64,000 bases of DNA from a virus: positions 13,755 to 77,754 of IMG/VR virus record IMGVR_UViG_3300031553_000001. One strand, given 5' to 3'. This document shows, one piece after another, positions 1 through 8,745 of the stretch (positions within the stretch are counted from its first letter, which is position 1; each line of letters opens with the position of its first letter). The notes beneath the pieces are model-generated. The model was not told the origin of the DNA, did no database searches, and worked only from the letters and a program-made list of their open reading frames with translations. A program made the translations under genes and the position numbers.

Positions 1-371
1 TTATCATAGTCACTAGCTGGTATACCTGCTGCATCAGTTAATATGTAATGAGCTTCTATACCAACATCCGTTGCATATATACCTGCACCAGGCTTATAAA
101 TTATTGAACCATAAGCCATATCTATTACGGATTTTGGAAGTTGCTCACCAGCCTTGGCGTGATAATATGTAAGTTCGCCACTATGATATTTCTTGGCCTT
201 CTTGCCCACCAAACGTGCTGTGATAGGCTTCTTCTCAACTGGCTTCTTGGTAACAGGTTTTCCCTTACCAGCCTTACCACTACCAATAACTCTATGTTTC
301 TCTCCAGTGTGAGTACCTTCTGGAGGACTATACCATCCACTACTAGAAGAACCTTTAAGTGTGAGCTTCAT
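1..371 (-). CDS. Partial ORF running off the left edge, starting with the shared tag MKLTLKGSSSSGWYSPPEGTHTGEKHR; cargo domain unknown
   Basis: Not in the ORF track. ATG at 371-369 overlaps the TGA of 368..1234 (ATGA); frame is open to position 1; N-terminus nearly identical to 12218..13048. Confidence 0.85.
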   Translation of the reverse strand, partial: MKLTLKGSSSSGWYSPPEGTHTGEKHRVIGSGKAGKGKPVTKKPVEKKPITARLVGKKAKKYHSGELTYYHAKAGEQLPKSVIDMAYGSIIYKPGAGIYATDVGIEAHYILTDAAGIPASDYD

Positions 372-1234
372 CCCACGCACTCCTTCACAGCCTTGAGTAC
401 CATCTTTCTGAAGCCGTATTTGTTGCATATCATATCCCTGGCCCGCATACCCATATCATACCACCGCTGGTAATCATCTGCCAACATTTGACGCAACTTA
501 CTAGCCATCCCATCATATGGATTGGATATGCATACCTCATCACCCCAAGGCCACATATCGTACACCTCTTCTGTCAGCATTGGTATTCCATACGCTGCAA
601 ACAGTGCCCAACGCAATGGCTCTTGGAATGGATATTGATCTTGATGTATGTTGAGTGCAAATTTGGAATGCTTTAACACCTCATCACGGTTTGGCGCTTT
701 ATCCCAGGGCCAACAATTTGGCCCAATGTATCTGCGGTCGAATTGATTATATAACCTAGCCCTACGATCAGACACATATGACATATGGACAAAGTCATAG
801 TGCCGGTAGCTTATTTCCGATGGATGCCCAAGATCTGGATGCGAGCCAAGCACCACAAATCGCAACATGGATTCAGTTGCCAGTCGCTTATCACTCACCC
901 ACACATCGTCTAGCGTGCGCTCATAGATTTTATCTCGATTGACCTTGGCAAAGTTTCCTACACCATCCAGGCCAGATGTACGCTCCATAACCCAATAGCC
1001 GGATGGGCGTTCCAAACACCAATGCACTAGATATGCACTGTGTGGTTTATCAATTTGGTTGTTGATGTGTGGCTCCCATTCACCATTTATAGGTGTAACG
1101 ATGTACACCAGTGGCTTACGAACATCCACTTCATCCACATAGCACGTCTCAAACTGGGATAGCTCTACCAGCTTCCAAAAATCGACATATGAATCATAGT
1201 TGTATCTAGTCTTAACGAAAACTATATCCATCAT
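368..1234 (-). CDS. Glycosyltransferase, GT-B fold (CgeB/Glyco_trans_1_2-like C-terminal domain)
   Basis: C-terminal SKFALNIH...EPLRWALFAAYGIPMLTE...GMRARDMI pattern typical of GT-B nucleotide-sugar binding domains. Confidence 0.65.
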   Translation of the reverse strand: MMDIVFVKTRYNYDSYVDFWKLVELSQFETCYVDEVDVRKPLVYIVTPINGEWEPHINNQIDKPHSAYLVHWCLERPSGYWVMERTSGLDGVGNFAKVNRDKIYERTLDDVWVSDKRLATESMLRFVVLGSHPDLGHPSEISYRHYDFVHMSYVSDRRARLYNQFDRRYIGPNCWPWDKAPNRDEVLKHSKFALNIHQDQYPFQEPLRWALFAAYGIPMLTEEVYDMWPWGDEVCISNPYDGMASKLRQMLADDYQRWYDMGMRARDMICNKYGFRKMVLKAVKECVG

Positions 1235-1362
1235 TAATCCCTATATCTGACAGATATGCCAGCCTTCCCAGATCCAACAGCTCTGTGTTTCTCTCCAGTA
1301 TGAGTACCTCTACTTGGAGCATATCATCCACTACTAGAAGAACCTTTAAGTATAATTTTCAT
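1234..1362 (-). pseudogene. Remnant of a tagged DUF3626-like gene: MKIILKGSSSSG*YAPSRGTHTGEKHRAVGSGKAGISVRYRD
   Basis: Tag copy with TGA at the conserved Trp (1326-1324), joined directly to AGISVRY, which matches the C-termini of 11140..11976 (AGISTRY) and 12218..13048 (AGISVTR). Confidence 0.8.
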
Positions 1363-1412
1363 TCACACAACCCACCTTGTAACCCATCCTGGGTATACTG
1401 GAATCCAAACCG

Positions 1413-2180
1413 TCATATCCGGCCATCCTCGAAGTATGGATGGTCACCAATCAGATGCTCTACATCAAACCGGTTGAATGGCTCTGGACGCCAAAATGGT
1501 TTACCCGTCTTATCATCACAGCCGTTAGTAGGATGTACACCACATTTGTGCTTCTTGCCAAACTTCCAGTCACGATATATTGGATACCAATTGCGTCTGA
1601 ATTCTGCACGATGGCCATGGATCTTGGATTTGTATAGAACCAAAATTGTGCTCTGTGCATAACCAAAGTGATAGAACCCCATTCCTGGTATATACCCATC
1701 ACCCTTACCACTGGGCTTTATGATTCGCACTGGCATACATGCATCCCTACACACCCAATTCACCCCACACCAGAAATGAAGGGCATGCGTTCTGTAATCC
1801 CTAGCATCGTTCTCCCAAGCAAAATCTAGTGCCTCTGATAGCACATCCAAATCCCAAACCTCATCAGAATCGTTCCACACGATTAAGTCAGCACCTTGTT
1901 GTGTCAAATAATTTACACAATAATCCCTATGAGTACCTTCTTGCCAAAATTGATCCACGTCGTGCCACACAACTATATCAAAGCCATCTGCTATGGCTTT
2001 CAACTCATCTCTGGACTCCCCATCAGGCAGTTTCGTATTGGTTATACTGCCATGGCTAGGATGTGGTGTGTAGAATATGTGATATTCATCCACCAATGGC
2101 TCCACTGAGCGAATAGCCCATTTAAGCCACTCTCTACCATAGTGCAAACCACAATAAGCCACTATTTTCATACTACACAC
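1413..2180 (-). CDS. Glycosyltransferase, GT-A fold (GT2-like); likely start ATG at 2171
   Basis: N-terminal KIVAYCGLHYGREWLKWAIRSV, DxD-type motif WNDSDEVW, later YHFGYA. Confidence 0.65.
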   Translation of the reverse strand: MCSMKIVAYCGLHYGREWLKWAIRSVEPLVDEYHIFYTPHPSHGSITNTKLPDGESRDELKAIADGFDIVVWHDVDQFWQEGTHRDYCVNYLTQQGADLIVWNDSDEVWDLDVLSEALDFAWENDARDYRTHALHFWCGVNWVCRDACMPVRIIKPSGKGDGYIPGMGFYHFGYAQSTILVLYKSKIHGHRAEFRRNWYPIYRDWKFGKKHKCGVHPTNGCDDKTGKPFWRPEPFNRFDVEHLIGDHPYFEDGRI

Positions 2181-2192
2181 TCTCCAAGGTAA

Positions 2193-2218
2193 GGGGATGG
2201 GCTTTTACACCCATCCCC
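2193..2218 (-). terminator. GC-rich hairpin just downstream of the capsid gene; probable leaky terminator or mRNA-stabilising stem
   Basis: GGGGATGGG/CCCATCCCC 9-bp inverted repeat; only a weak U-tract. Confidence 0.5.
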
Positions 2219-2233
2219 AAACTTAACAACTTG

Positions 2234-3742
2234 CTATGGCGTTGGAAGCCACAGTGATCCAGTAGCAGGCGTATCCGTGCACGCCATACCCCAACTTCCA
2301 GGCATATAGCTGGGCGCTCCACCAGGCATATAGTCTGGCTGATGCGTATCCGCTACGATTGGCTGCAGCTTACGCGAGCAGCATACATCCGCGATTCGTG
2401 CGCATGCCCAAGGCGCACTCAAGTAGATTTCAGGAGATGTGCCTACAAGTGCCTTTCCGCACCACACATCCTCCAGGCCTTTGAACGCAAACCGGCCAGC
2501 GTTCTCCACCCTGATTCCAGTTGCGGCATTAAATTTCTTCATCAGGTTGGCAAAGTCAGACAAATCCAGGTACTCACCATACATGGTATCGCGATTGCCG
2601 ATGCGTCTGGTCAACAGATAGATGTCGGCGCAGTAGTTTGCATTCGGCTTGGTAATGGTCAGGGAATCATCGATGATGATTGGAATGCTACGACCAGACT
2701 TGAGCGAGATGGTACCAACTACCTTGCGACCATCCCACATAGGGCCACCGTTCAAGGATTTTCTGTAGTTCAAGATCTGCGAGCGCAAGGCTTGGTCAGT
2801 GACGTCATTGGCTGTAGTGACTCCACACACGCTATAGCAGGCAAATGCATCCAGTAGACAGGTCGCCAGGAACCGTGTGGTAAACAGAACCATATCTGTA
2901 TTTGAGATAGTGCCAATGGTTTGGGCACGATACTCAATGTCACCAGTTAGTTCTGCCAAGAAGTCAAAGAAATTTCCCCATCCATTGATCGCCCCATCCA
3001 GATCGTCATTGTTCCATGGAATCATGTAGGAATCTGCATATGGACACGGTTGACCATTGTTATCCGTATAACCTGTCCTGATTATGGATTCCAATCCATT
3101 CATCTCATACGCGTTCTGGTGGCTGCCATGCACTGCGTCGTGTGCAATGTCCTGGGATAGGACATTCATTATGCCATTCAGCTGCCATTCAAACTCGTCA
3201 GTGATGGGAGTGCCATTCACGCGCATTATTCGATCTGTTTCACATCGCTGTTGTGTGTTGTGTGGGCCAAGTGGGTCAGACTGACGATGATACCACGATG
3301 TGTGGCATATATCAAATTGACACTCGCCCCACTCCCATCCTAGTGGGAGCTCACATGGTGATCCAGCGCCTGTAGTGCAATCTTCAGCACCTTCTCCACG
3401 CCACCACGGTATGATCTGCACAACCCTTTTCCAAATCTGGTTGCGTCGCCATCCAAGCCAGTTGAGGATACCCCCAGTCTCAATTTGCAAACCAAAGATG
3501 TCCCCAGCAAAGCATGGATCAAAGATGCTGTTACGACCATAAATGGTCGGATTGGCCAGATTGGCATACGTGGTGGTCCAGTTTCCCTTCATCTGCGGCG
3601 TCATCTGTGACATGATGGGAACGCCACCATTATCACGTCTCATAGCAGTAGCAGTCTGCATAGTTGCTACTGCTTGAGCAAACCTGGGATCATTGAACAT
3701 GGTCAACAGGTCTTCTGCCGACAGGTTATCAAACTTGTTCAT
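2234..3742 (-). CDS. Major capsid protein (putative)
   Basis: 502 aa; last gene of the portal-MuF-protease-scaffold series; strong RBS; followed by a hairpin; helical leader ending QMK-G. Confidence 0.7.
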   Translation of the reverse strand: MNKFDNLSAEDLLTMFNDPRFAQAVATMQTATAMRRDNGGVPIMSQMTPQMKGNWTTTYANLANPTIYGRNSIFDPCFAGDIFGLQIETGGILNWLGWRRNQIWKRVVQIIPWWRGEGAEDCTTGAGSPCELPLGWEWGECQFDICHTSWYHRQSDPLGPHNTQQRCETDRIMRVNGTPITDEFEWQLNGIMNVLSQDIAHDAVHGSHQNAYEMNGLESIIRTGYTDNNGQPCPYADSYMIPWNNDDLDGAINGWGNFFDFLAELTGDIEYRAQTIGTISNTDMVLFTTRFLATCLLDAFACYSVCGVTTANDVTDQALRSQILNYRKSLNGGPMWDGRKVVGTISLKSGRSIPIIIDDSLTITKPNANYCADIYLLTRRIGNRDTMYGEYLDLSDFANLMKKFNAATGIRVENAGRFAFKGLEDVWCGKALVGTSPEIYLSAPWACARIADVCCSRKLQPIVADTHQPDYMPGGAPSYMPGSWGMACTDTPATGSLWLPTP

Positions 3743-3770
3743 TATAAAATCTCCTTGTTAGCATCTAATT

Positions 3771-4475
3771 CTACTCATCGCCGACTGGATTTCCCACAGC
3801 CATGTCCGTCAGGGATGCATATGCACGCCCATCAGAATCATAGATGGCAAATCCTTCCGGTGTGGTTGGCGCTACCACTTGGTTAACACCTGGCTCCGCC
3901 TTGAATGCTGTAGGCATCGTTGTTGCCTGTGCCTGTGACTGGGCAGCACTCCTAAATTGTGCCGCATTCGCAGCCGTTTCCAATTCAGAAGTTCCATCCA
4001 TCACAGCACGTAGACGGATACGCTGCGCCGGTGACATATCGCCTATCACTTGCTTGATTCTAGTGGTATCATCAACGGCCACCTGGTTGAATGTTGCTGC
4101 AAACTCTTTGAACATAGTACTCATTGAGTCCACAGTTTCTTTCAGTTCAGCAACATCAGCCACGATTTTAGCCAACTCTGGCACCTCTATCTCTACATCT
4201 TTTAGCATGCCCTGGACTTTGCCAGCCACCGCTTCAGACAGTAACTCTATAGATTGTGCCATCTCAGGTACAGTAACTTTCGAATCCGCTTCAGGCACAT
4301 CCAAGGCCTGACGCATAGACGTCATAAATTCCTCGGAGGACATATCCTTCATCCTCACCAGGTCTTTATCCTCTACACCAGCCAAGAATGCATCTACGAC
4401 CTCTTCAGGAAGCTCAGCGTCGATCAAACGACTACGCCACTTGCTCCTGATTTCCTTCATACTAATTTCACTCAT
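3771..4475 (-). CDS. Capsid scaffolding protein (putative)
   Basis: Acidic, Ala/Glu-rich coiled-coil protein between protease and capsid genes. Confidence 0.6.
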   Translation of the reverse strand: MSEISMKEIRSKWRSRLIDAELPEEVVDAFLAGVEDKDLVRMKDMSSEEFMTSMRQALDVPEADSKVTVPEMAQSIELLSEAVAGKVQGMLKDVEIEVPELAKIVADVAELKETVDSMSTMFKEFAATFNQVAVDDTTRIKQVIGDMSPAQRIRLRAVMDGTSELETAANAAQFRSAAQSQAQATTMPTAFKAEPGVNQVVAPTTPEGFAIYDSDGRAYASLTDMAVGNPVGDE

Positions 4476-4499
4476 GGTTTATAGCTCCTCACTTGATGT

Positions 4500-5489
4500 T
4501 CATTCATTGACAGTGTAGGCTGTAATTGCAGTCTGTCTCACCGCAGGTTTGTCCGTGACGCTAATATCAAACGTCATTGATTTGAGCACCTGCAATCCAG
4601 CCAACATATTAGGTTTGGCGTAATACGTCTTGCACGTTGGACACACCGCACCCAACATATAGTTTACCAGTCGAACAGTCAAACCGCTTCCACATTCTGG
4701 ACAATGGCCTGCTGCCTCAACTGTATAAAAACCTCTTGATACTTTCCACCTACCAGTATTCCTGGCAACGTTGTCTTTCATAGATTGGGCAAATGCTGTA
4801 TCATTCCAGATTCCTTTGTCTACCGCCCAATTGCCAATCCTAGCCATACTGGTACACTTGCCCAGTTTGAAACCACGTATATGGAATAGCCTCAGTTCTG
4901 GATATTCTTTGGTACGCTCTGCACGAGCAATATCCCAATCCATCGCCTTGGTAGTGAACAGCTCTTGCTGCAAATCCCACGCAGCCGCTGTGGACACTGC
5001 CAGCCAGCCATCCTTTCCATCAGCAGTCTTGTATGTAGATAAGGCACTACCGTCAGCAGTAATCTGCTTCAACAATGCTTGCAAAGCAAACTCTGCGGAT
5101 GGGATGTTGCGTAGTGCATCCGTGAGCTCTTTGGTGACTTCCTCTACTGACTCTGGTTCACTACTGGATGACTTTGGTTGCATAGCTGCACCGCACTTGG
5201 GACACTTAATCTCCATACAAGGCGTTCCGCGTTCGTGCGTTGCAGTTGCCCCACACTCTGGACACACGCACATATCCACACCGCCATCACCTTGCTTTGG
5301 ACCACCAACACCTTGGCCCTCCCCCCTATCCTTCTGCTGCACATCCTCCACGTGTACATACAATGCGCGCAGATGAGCCAATGCATCAGCATGAGTAGGA
5401 TGGCATTTCACGATTTCTTTTGGATCATCTTTAGTTCCCTTGACCACACAAGTCTCATCTTCCCGTTTACGTAAGAAATACGGCATCAC
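4500..5489 (-). CDS. Prohead maturation protease with accessory Cys-rich Zn-ribbon segments
   Basis: D-x-Q-x-E-x-F-T...LRLFH...W-x-VSRGF...DISVTDKPA resembles HK97-type proteases; position in head module; CVCPECG/CPKCG and CPECG/CPTC motifs. Confidence 0.6.
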   Translation of the reverse strand: MMPYFLRKREDETCVVKGTKDDPKEIVKCHPTHADALAHLRALYVHVEDVQQKDRGEGQGVGGPKQGDGGVDMCVCPECGATATHERGTPCMEIKCPKCGAAMQPKSSSSEPESVEEVTKELTDALRNIPSAEFALQALLKQITADGSALSTYKTADGKDGWLAVSTAAAWDLQQELFTTKAMDWDIARAERTKEYPELRLFHIRGFKLGKCTSMARIGNWAVDKGIWNDTAFAQSMKDNVARNTGRWKVSRGFYTVEAAGHCPECGSGLTVRLVNYMLGAVCPTCKTYYAKPNMLAGLQVLKSMTFDISVTDKPAVRQTAITAYTVNE

Positions 5490-6145
5490 ACACCTCCCAA
5501 CCCTATGAATGGCGGAACCTCTACACCTATAGGCACTTCAACAACTTCCACATGTCCATCTCTGGACAGACAAACTTCACAACTCTCCTTGGCCGGATTA
5601 ACCACCCAAGTTGCCTGAACTGTCTTGATGCCCTGGTCTGGATCTTCTCCAAGCACCTCCATGTCCCATATACATCCACACCTATGCCAACACGGTGCAG
5701 ACTCATCACCTGGGATGTATGGCAATATGATGTTGGGAGTGCGTCTAACGTTGGGTGCAAAGTACCCCGCTTGTGCCTCATTAGCTAGAGTATTTCCAGC
5801 ATCACCATACAAATGTGCCCTAGCCTGTATAGCCTTCAATGAAATGGTATCACGATTATCATAAATGGCCTGAGAAAAGCCATGCACCCATCTGTACTGC
5901 TTCTTCAGTTGAGCACCCACCTTGCCCCAATCAGAGGAAGTCATAGCATCCCAATCACCCTTGCCAATGGCAGCCGAACCAGTCAAATACAAGCGCAATC
6001 TGGTACGCATATCCTCTTCCCACATCCCAAGTGTAATACGTCCATCGTACAGATTCTTAGCCAATGCATCCATCGATCCATTGAAGGCAGTTTTGCGTGC
6101 CAATAAGGCTGCTGCCTTAGCTGCATCCGCAATAGGGCCAGCCAC
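5486..6145 (-). CDS. MuF-like head morphogenesis / minor capsid protein
   Basis: Directly after portal; PGD-x3-C-x2-RCGC-x-W and W-x7-C-x2-C motifs. Confidence 0.55.
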   Translation of the reverse strand: MAGPIADAAKAAALLARKTAFNGSMDALAKNLYDGRITLGMWEEDMRTRLRLYLTGSAAIGKGDWDAMTSSDWGKVGAQLKKQYRWVHGFSQAIYDNRDTISLKAIQARAHLYGDAGNTLANEAQAGYFAPNVRRTPNIILPYIPGDESAPCWHRCGCIWDMEVLGEDPDQGIKTVQATWVVNPAKESCEVCLSRDGHVEVVEVPIGVEVPPFIGLGGV

Positions 6146-8215
6146 TTAGACACTCTCCACATACGGAGCCAATTCTGGAATAGTTCTCCAAACAGCCATC
6201 TCAGCATTGATGGCCTTGCGCGTCACCCGTGCTCCACGATCCACTTCATCATCGGGGATAGGATGGCCTGATATATTGGGTTCTAGCTCATCCTCTTTCA
6301 TAACCACATCCAATGCAGGATCAACCACGCCAGCAACCCATTTCTCCAACGCTGCGTGTCCGTACCCTGAAACGCTTGTATCTTCTGTAGATATGTCACC
6401 ACGCCTTATGAATTTGGAAACATCTCGTAACACTATAATTCTATGTGCACTGGCAAACATAGTACCAGGAATATCATGAATCTGTACATCATCTGGATGC
6501 ACAAATCCTGTAACGACGCCACCACCAGCTTCTGCGTACACTTTGGCATTGCCTGGAGTATCATAGAAATACACGCCAGGACCAAATTGTCCCTCGGTGC
6601 TTGGCCTAATGACTTTCAAACCACCAGGCCCTGTACCTCTAAATACGGGAACATATCCCAAACCTTCCAACTGGCTACGTGACATACTACCCAATGCGCC
6701 AACTTTCTCTCCAACTCCAATATGCGTACCTTTGGGTGGCCCATACCAACCACTAGAGGATGAACCTTTCATAGTGATAAGCTTGGCTCCACTCAACCGG
6801 CCAGCACGCCATATAAAGCGTATCACATCTTCTAGATATTCCTTGTGGATCTCGCCGGATGTGATGGCTATGCGTTCATCTCCAACCACCCACTCTGGAA
6901 GCACTTGCTTATCGGCCAGCAGCCGTTTGAACGTCTTTATGTCTATGGCAGCTTCACCTGCTTTTGGGAAAGCCAATGGCAAATATGCCTCAATCCACGC
7001 CTTGGCGATATTTGCCGCCACCATATCCTCTTCAATATCTTGGGTGTCGAATTCAAACACGACATCCTCTGGCAACTCAGCATTCAGGCTACGCTCCACC
7101 ATAGTGATGAATTCTCCACCACCCTTACCTCTGGCCTTGAGATGCTGCACCTCTGCTTCTGATGCTGTTCCCAGTGCGCCGGTGGAGATAGCCCAAAACT
7201 CACGCGTGTCCACACCAAAGTCCAGCGCTAAGGTGTTAACATATTGTGCCACAACCGTTTGACGGTCAAATGACTCTGGAATGGCTGAGAACGACTGAAT
7301 AGATATTTCCACCTTGGCTCCAGGGTTGTTTCCCACTAGCCATAACACCTGTGGAAACGTCAAACTGTTGTTCTTCTTACGCTCTGCCTGCCACATCGCA
7401 ATGGCTTGACGAAATTCTTTGTCAGACATTCCAGTCACGGACGCTATACCCTCCGGTGGCAAGTTGGACAATTTCTCAGCATCGTAGTCGTGCAGGGCCA
7501 TCAATAATTTGGCTGCCCGTGCCGCCCTGGACGTGGCACAGTAGCCCATCCCATGAGCAACTTCATTGGGGAGGGGCATTGATGCGAAATGGATGAACAT
7601 TCCAGGCTTATACCAGATCTCCTGATTGGTAGCTGCTGAGTAGTAGTACATCGGACGCTTGGGATTGCCTGTCATCTTGCAACATCTAGTATCAATGGTA
7701 GCCAAATCCGACATCTTGCCCCATTGTCCACCACGCCGCGTCACGTCCCACCATACACCATTGTCTTGCGTATAGAAATCTATGGCGCTGGTACCAATGA
7801 ATCCACCCCACTCATTCCCAGACAAATATCTGGTTCTGGACAACATCTGGGATACCTGGTTGGCGTTGTTGCGGCCACCTTCCACCTTCCAAGTCATGGC
7901 CTGCATCTTGGCCACCATAGAATACACAGCACCAGCCAGGATCGGTTCTTCCTTCCATATAGCGTCCAACCACCGGCTATAGGCCACAGTGCCACGTTTG
8001 GGAATACCATCACTTTTGCCTAATGCCTGGATGCTCATAAACATGCCAAGCACGCCTGCATCCTCAGATTTGGTGTGCACATCCAGACGGGTGTCAGCTT
8101 CACGAGCAGCTTTGAATTGCGCTTCTGGTTCTGGAACAGTCCTCAGTTGGCGAAATGCTTGCCAGGATTCGCCCAGGTCTGTAAAGAACTCGGCAGCGTT
8201 ATTCAGCAAGGACAT
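6146..8215 (-). CDS. Portal protein with a C-terminal insertion (shared tag plus ADP-ribosyltransferase-like domain)
   Basis: Follows terL; portal-like N-terminal ~470 aa; then ITMKGSSSSGWYGPPKGTH and VFRGT...GQFGPGVYFYDTPGNAKVYA. Confidence 0.75.
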   Translation of the reverse strand: MSLLNNAAEFFTDLGESWQAFRQLRTVPEPEAQFKAAREADTRLDVHTKSEDAGVLGMFMSIQALGKSDGIPKRGTVAYSRWLDAIWKEEPILAGAVYSMVAKMQAMTWKVEGGRNNANQVSQMLSRTRYLSGNEWGGFIGTSAIDFYTQDNGVWWDVTRRGGQWGKMSDLATIDTRCCKMTGNPKRPMYYYSAATNQEIWYKPGMFIHFASMPLPNEVAHGMGYCATSRAARAAKLLMALHDYDAEKLSNLPPEGIASVTGMSDKEFRQAIAMWQAERKKNNSLTFPQVLWLVGNNPGAKVEISIQSFSAIPESFDRQTVVAQYVNTLALDFGVDTREFWAISTGALGTASEAEVQHLKARGKGGGEFITMVERSLNAELPEDVVFEFDTQDIEEDMVAANIAKAWIEAYLPLAFPKAGEAAIDIKTFKRLLADKQVLPEWVVGDERIAITSGEIHKEYLEDVIRFIWRAGRLSGAKLITMKGSSSSGWYGPPKGTHIGVGEKVGALGSMSRSQLEGLGYVPVFRGTGPGGLKVIRPSTEGQFGPGVYFYDTPGNAKVYAEAGGGVVTGFVHPDDVQIHDIPGTMFASAHRIIVLRDVSKFIRRGDISTEDTSVSGYGHAALEKWVAGVVDPALDVVMKEDELEPNISGHPIPDDEVDRGARVTRKAINAEMAVWRTIPELAPYVESV

Positions 8216-8522
8216 TTTGGGATACCTCGTCCATCAATCTGGTCAACAAATCCATACTCTGCTGTATAGTTTCTGTATCAATATTCCTGATTGTGTCCAT
8301 ATCTATAGCATCTGGTGATACATAATATGGCGATTCTACATCCGGCTTATAGCCATCACAACTGAACACGTGGCACCCAGAAAGTGTCATGATAGTATTG
8401 TCGTGCATGACCTGAATTAATGGACAGTTACCAACATTCAAGCAGGAAGCGCACCGCTCATCCTTCCAAACGATGTGCTCTTTCAGTCCATTGTTATGTT
8501 CTGGATTTATAAGGTCTGGCAT
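8199..8522 (-). CDS. Small Cys-rich hypothetical protein
   Basis: Start revised to MPDLIN (ATG 8522); CASC-x4-C...C-x4-C; overlaps the portal start. Confidence 0.55.
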   Translation of the reverse strand: MPDLINPEHNNGLKEHIVWKDERCASCLNVGNCPLIQVMHDNTIMTLSGCHVFSCDGYKPDVESPYYVSPDAIDMDTIRNIDTETIQQSMDLLTRLMDEVSQNVLAE

Positions 8523-8523
8523 A

Positions 8524-8730
8524 TCACTCTCTCTTGGTAAATGCTGTCTTACTTCCAAACCAAAAACCTAGTATTAGCATGGCCGCTGCCCATAACTCCT
8601 GCGGCACTGGACGTTCCATCAAATACATCACACAAATGGTTGTCACCATTCCCAATGTAACCAAACTCTGCACAATTATACTCTCTCGAAACAGCTCCCA
8701 AAATGGTTTCCAAGTACTTTTAGTGAACAT
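8524..8730 (-). CDS. Holin-like small membrane protein
   Basis: 68 aa, two hydrophobic helices, LGFWFGSK and a basic tail. Confidence 0.5.
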   Translation of the reverse strand: MFTKSTWKPFWELFRESIIVQSLVTLGMVTTICVMYLMERPVPQELWAAAMLILGFWFGSKTAFTKRE

Positions 8731-8745
8731 GTAACTCCTCCGCTG

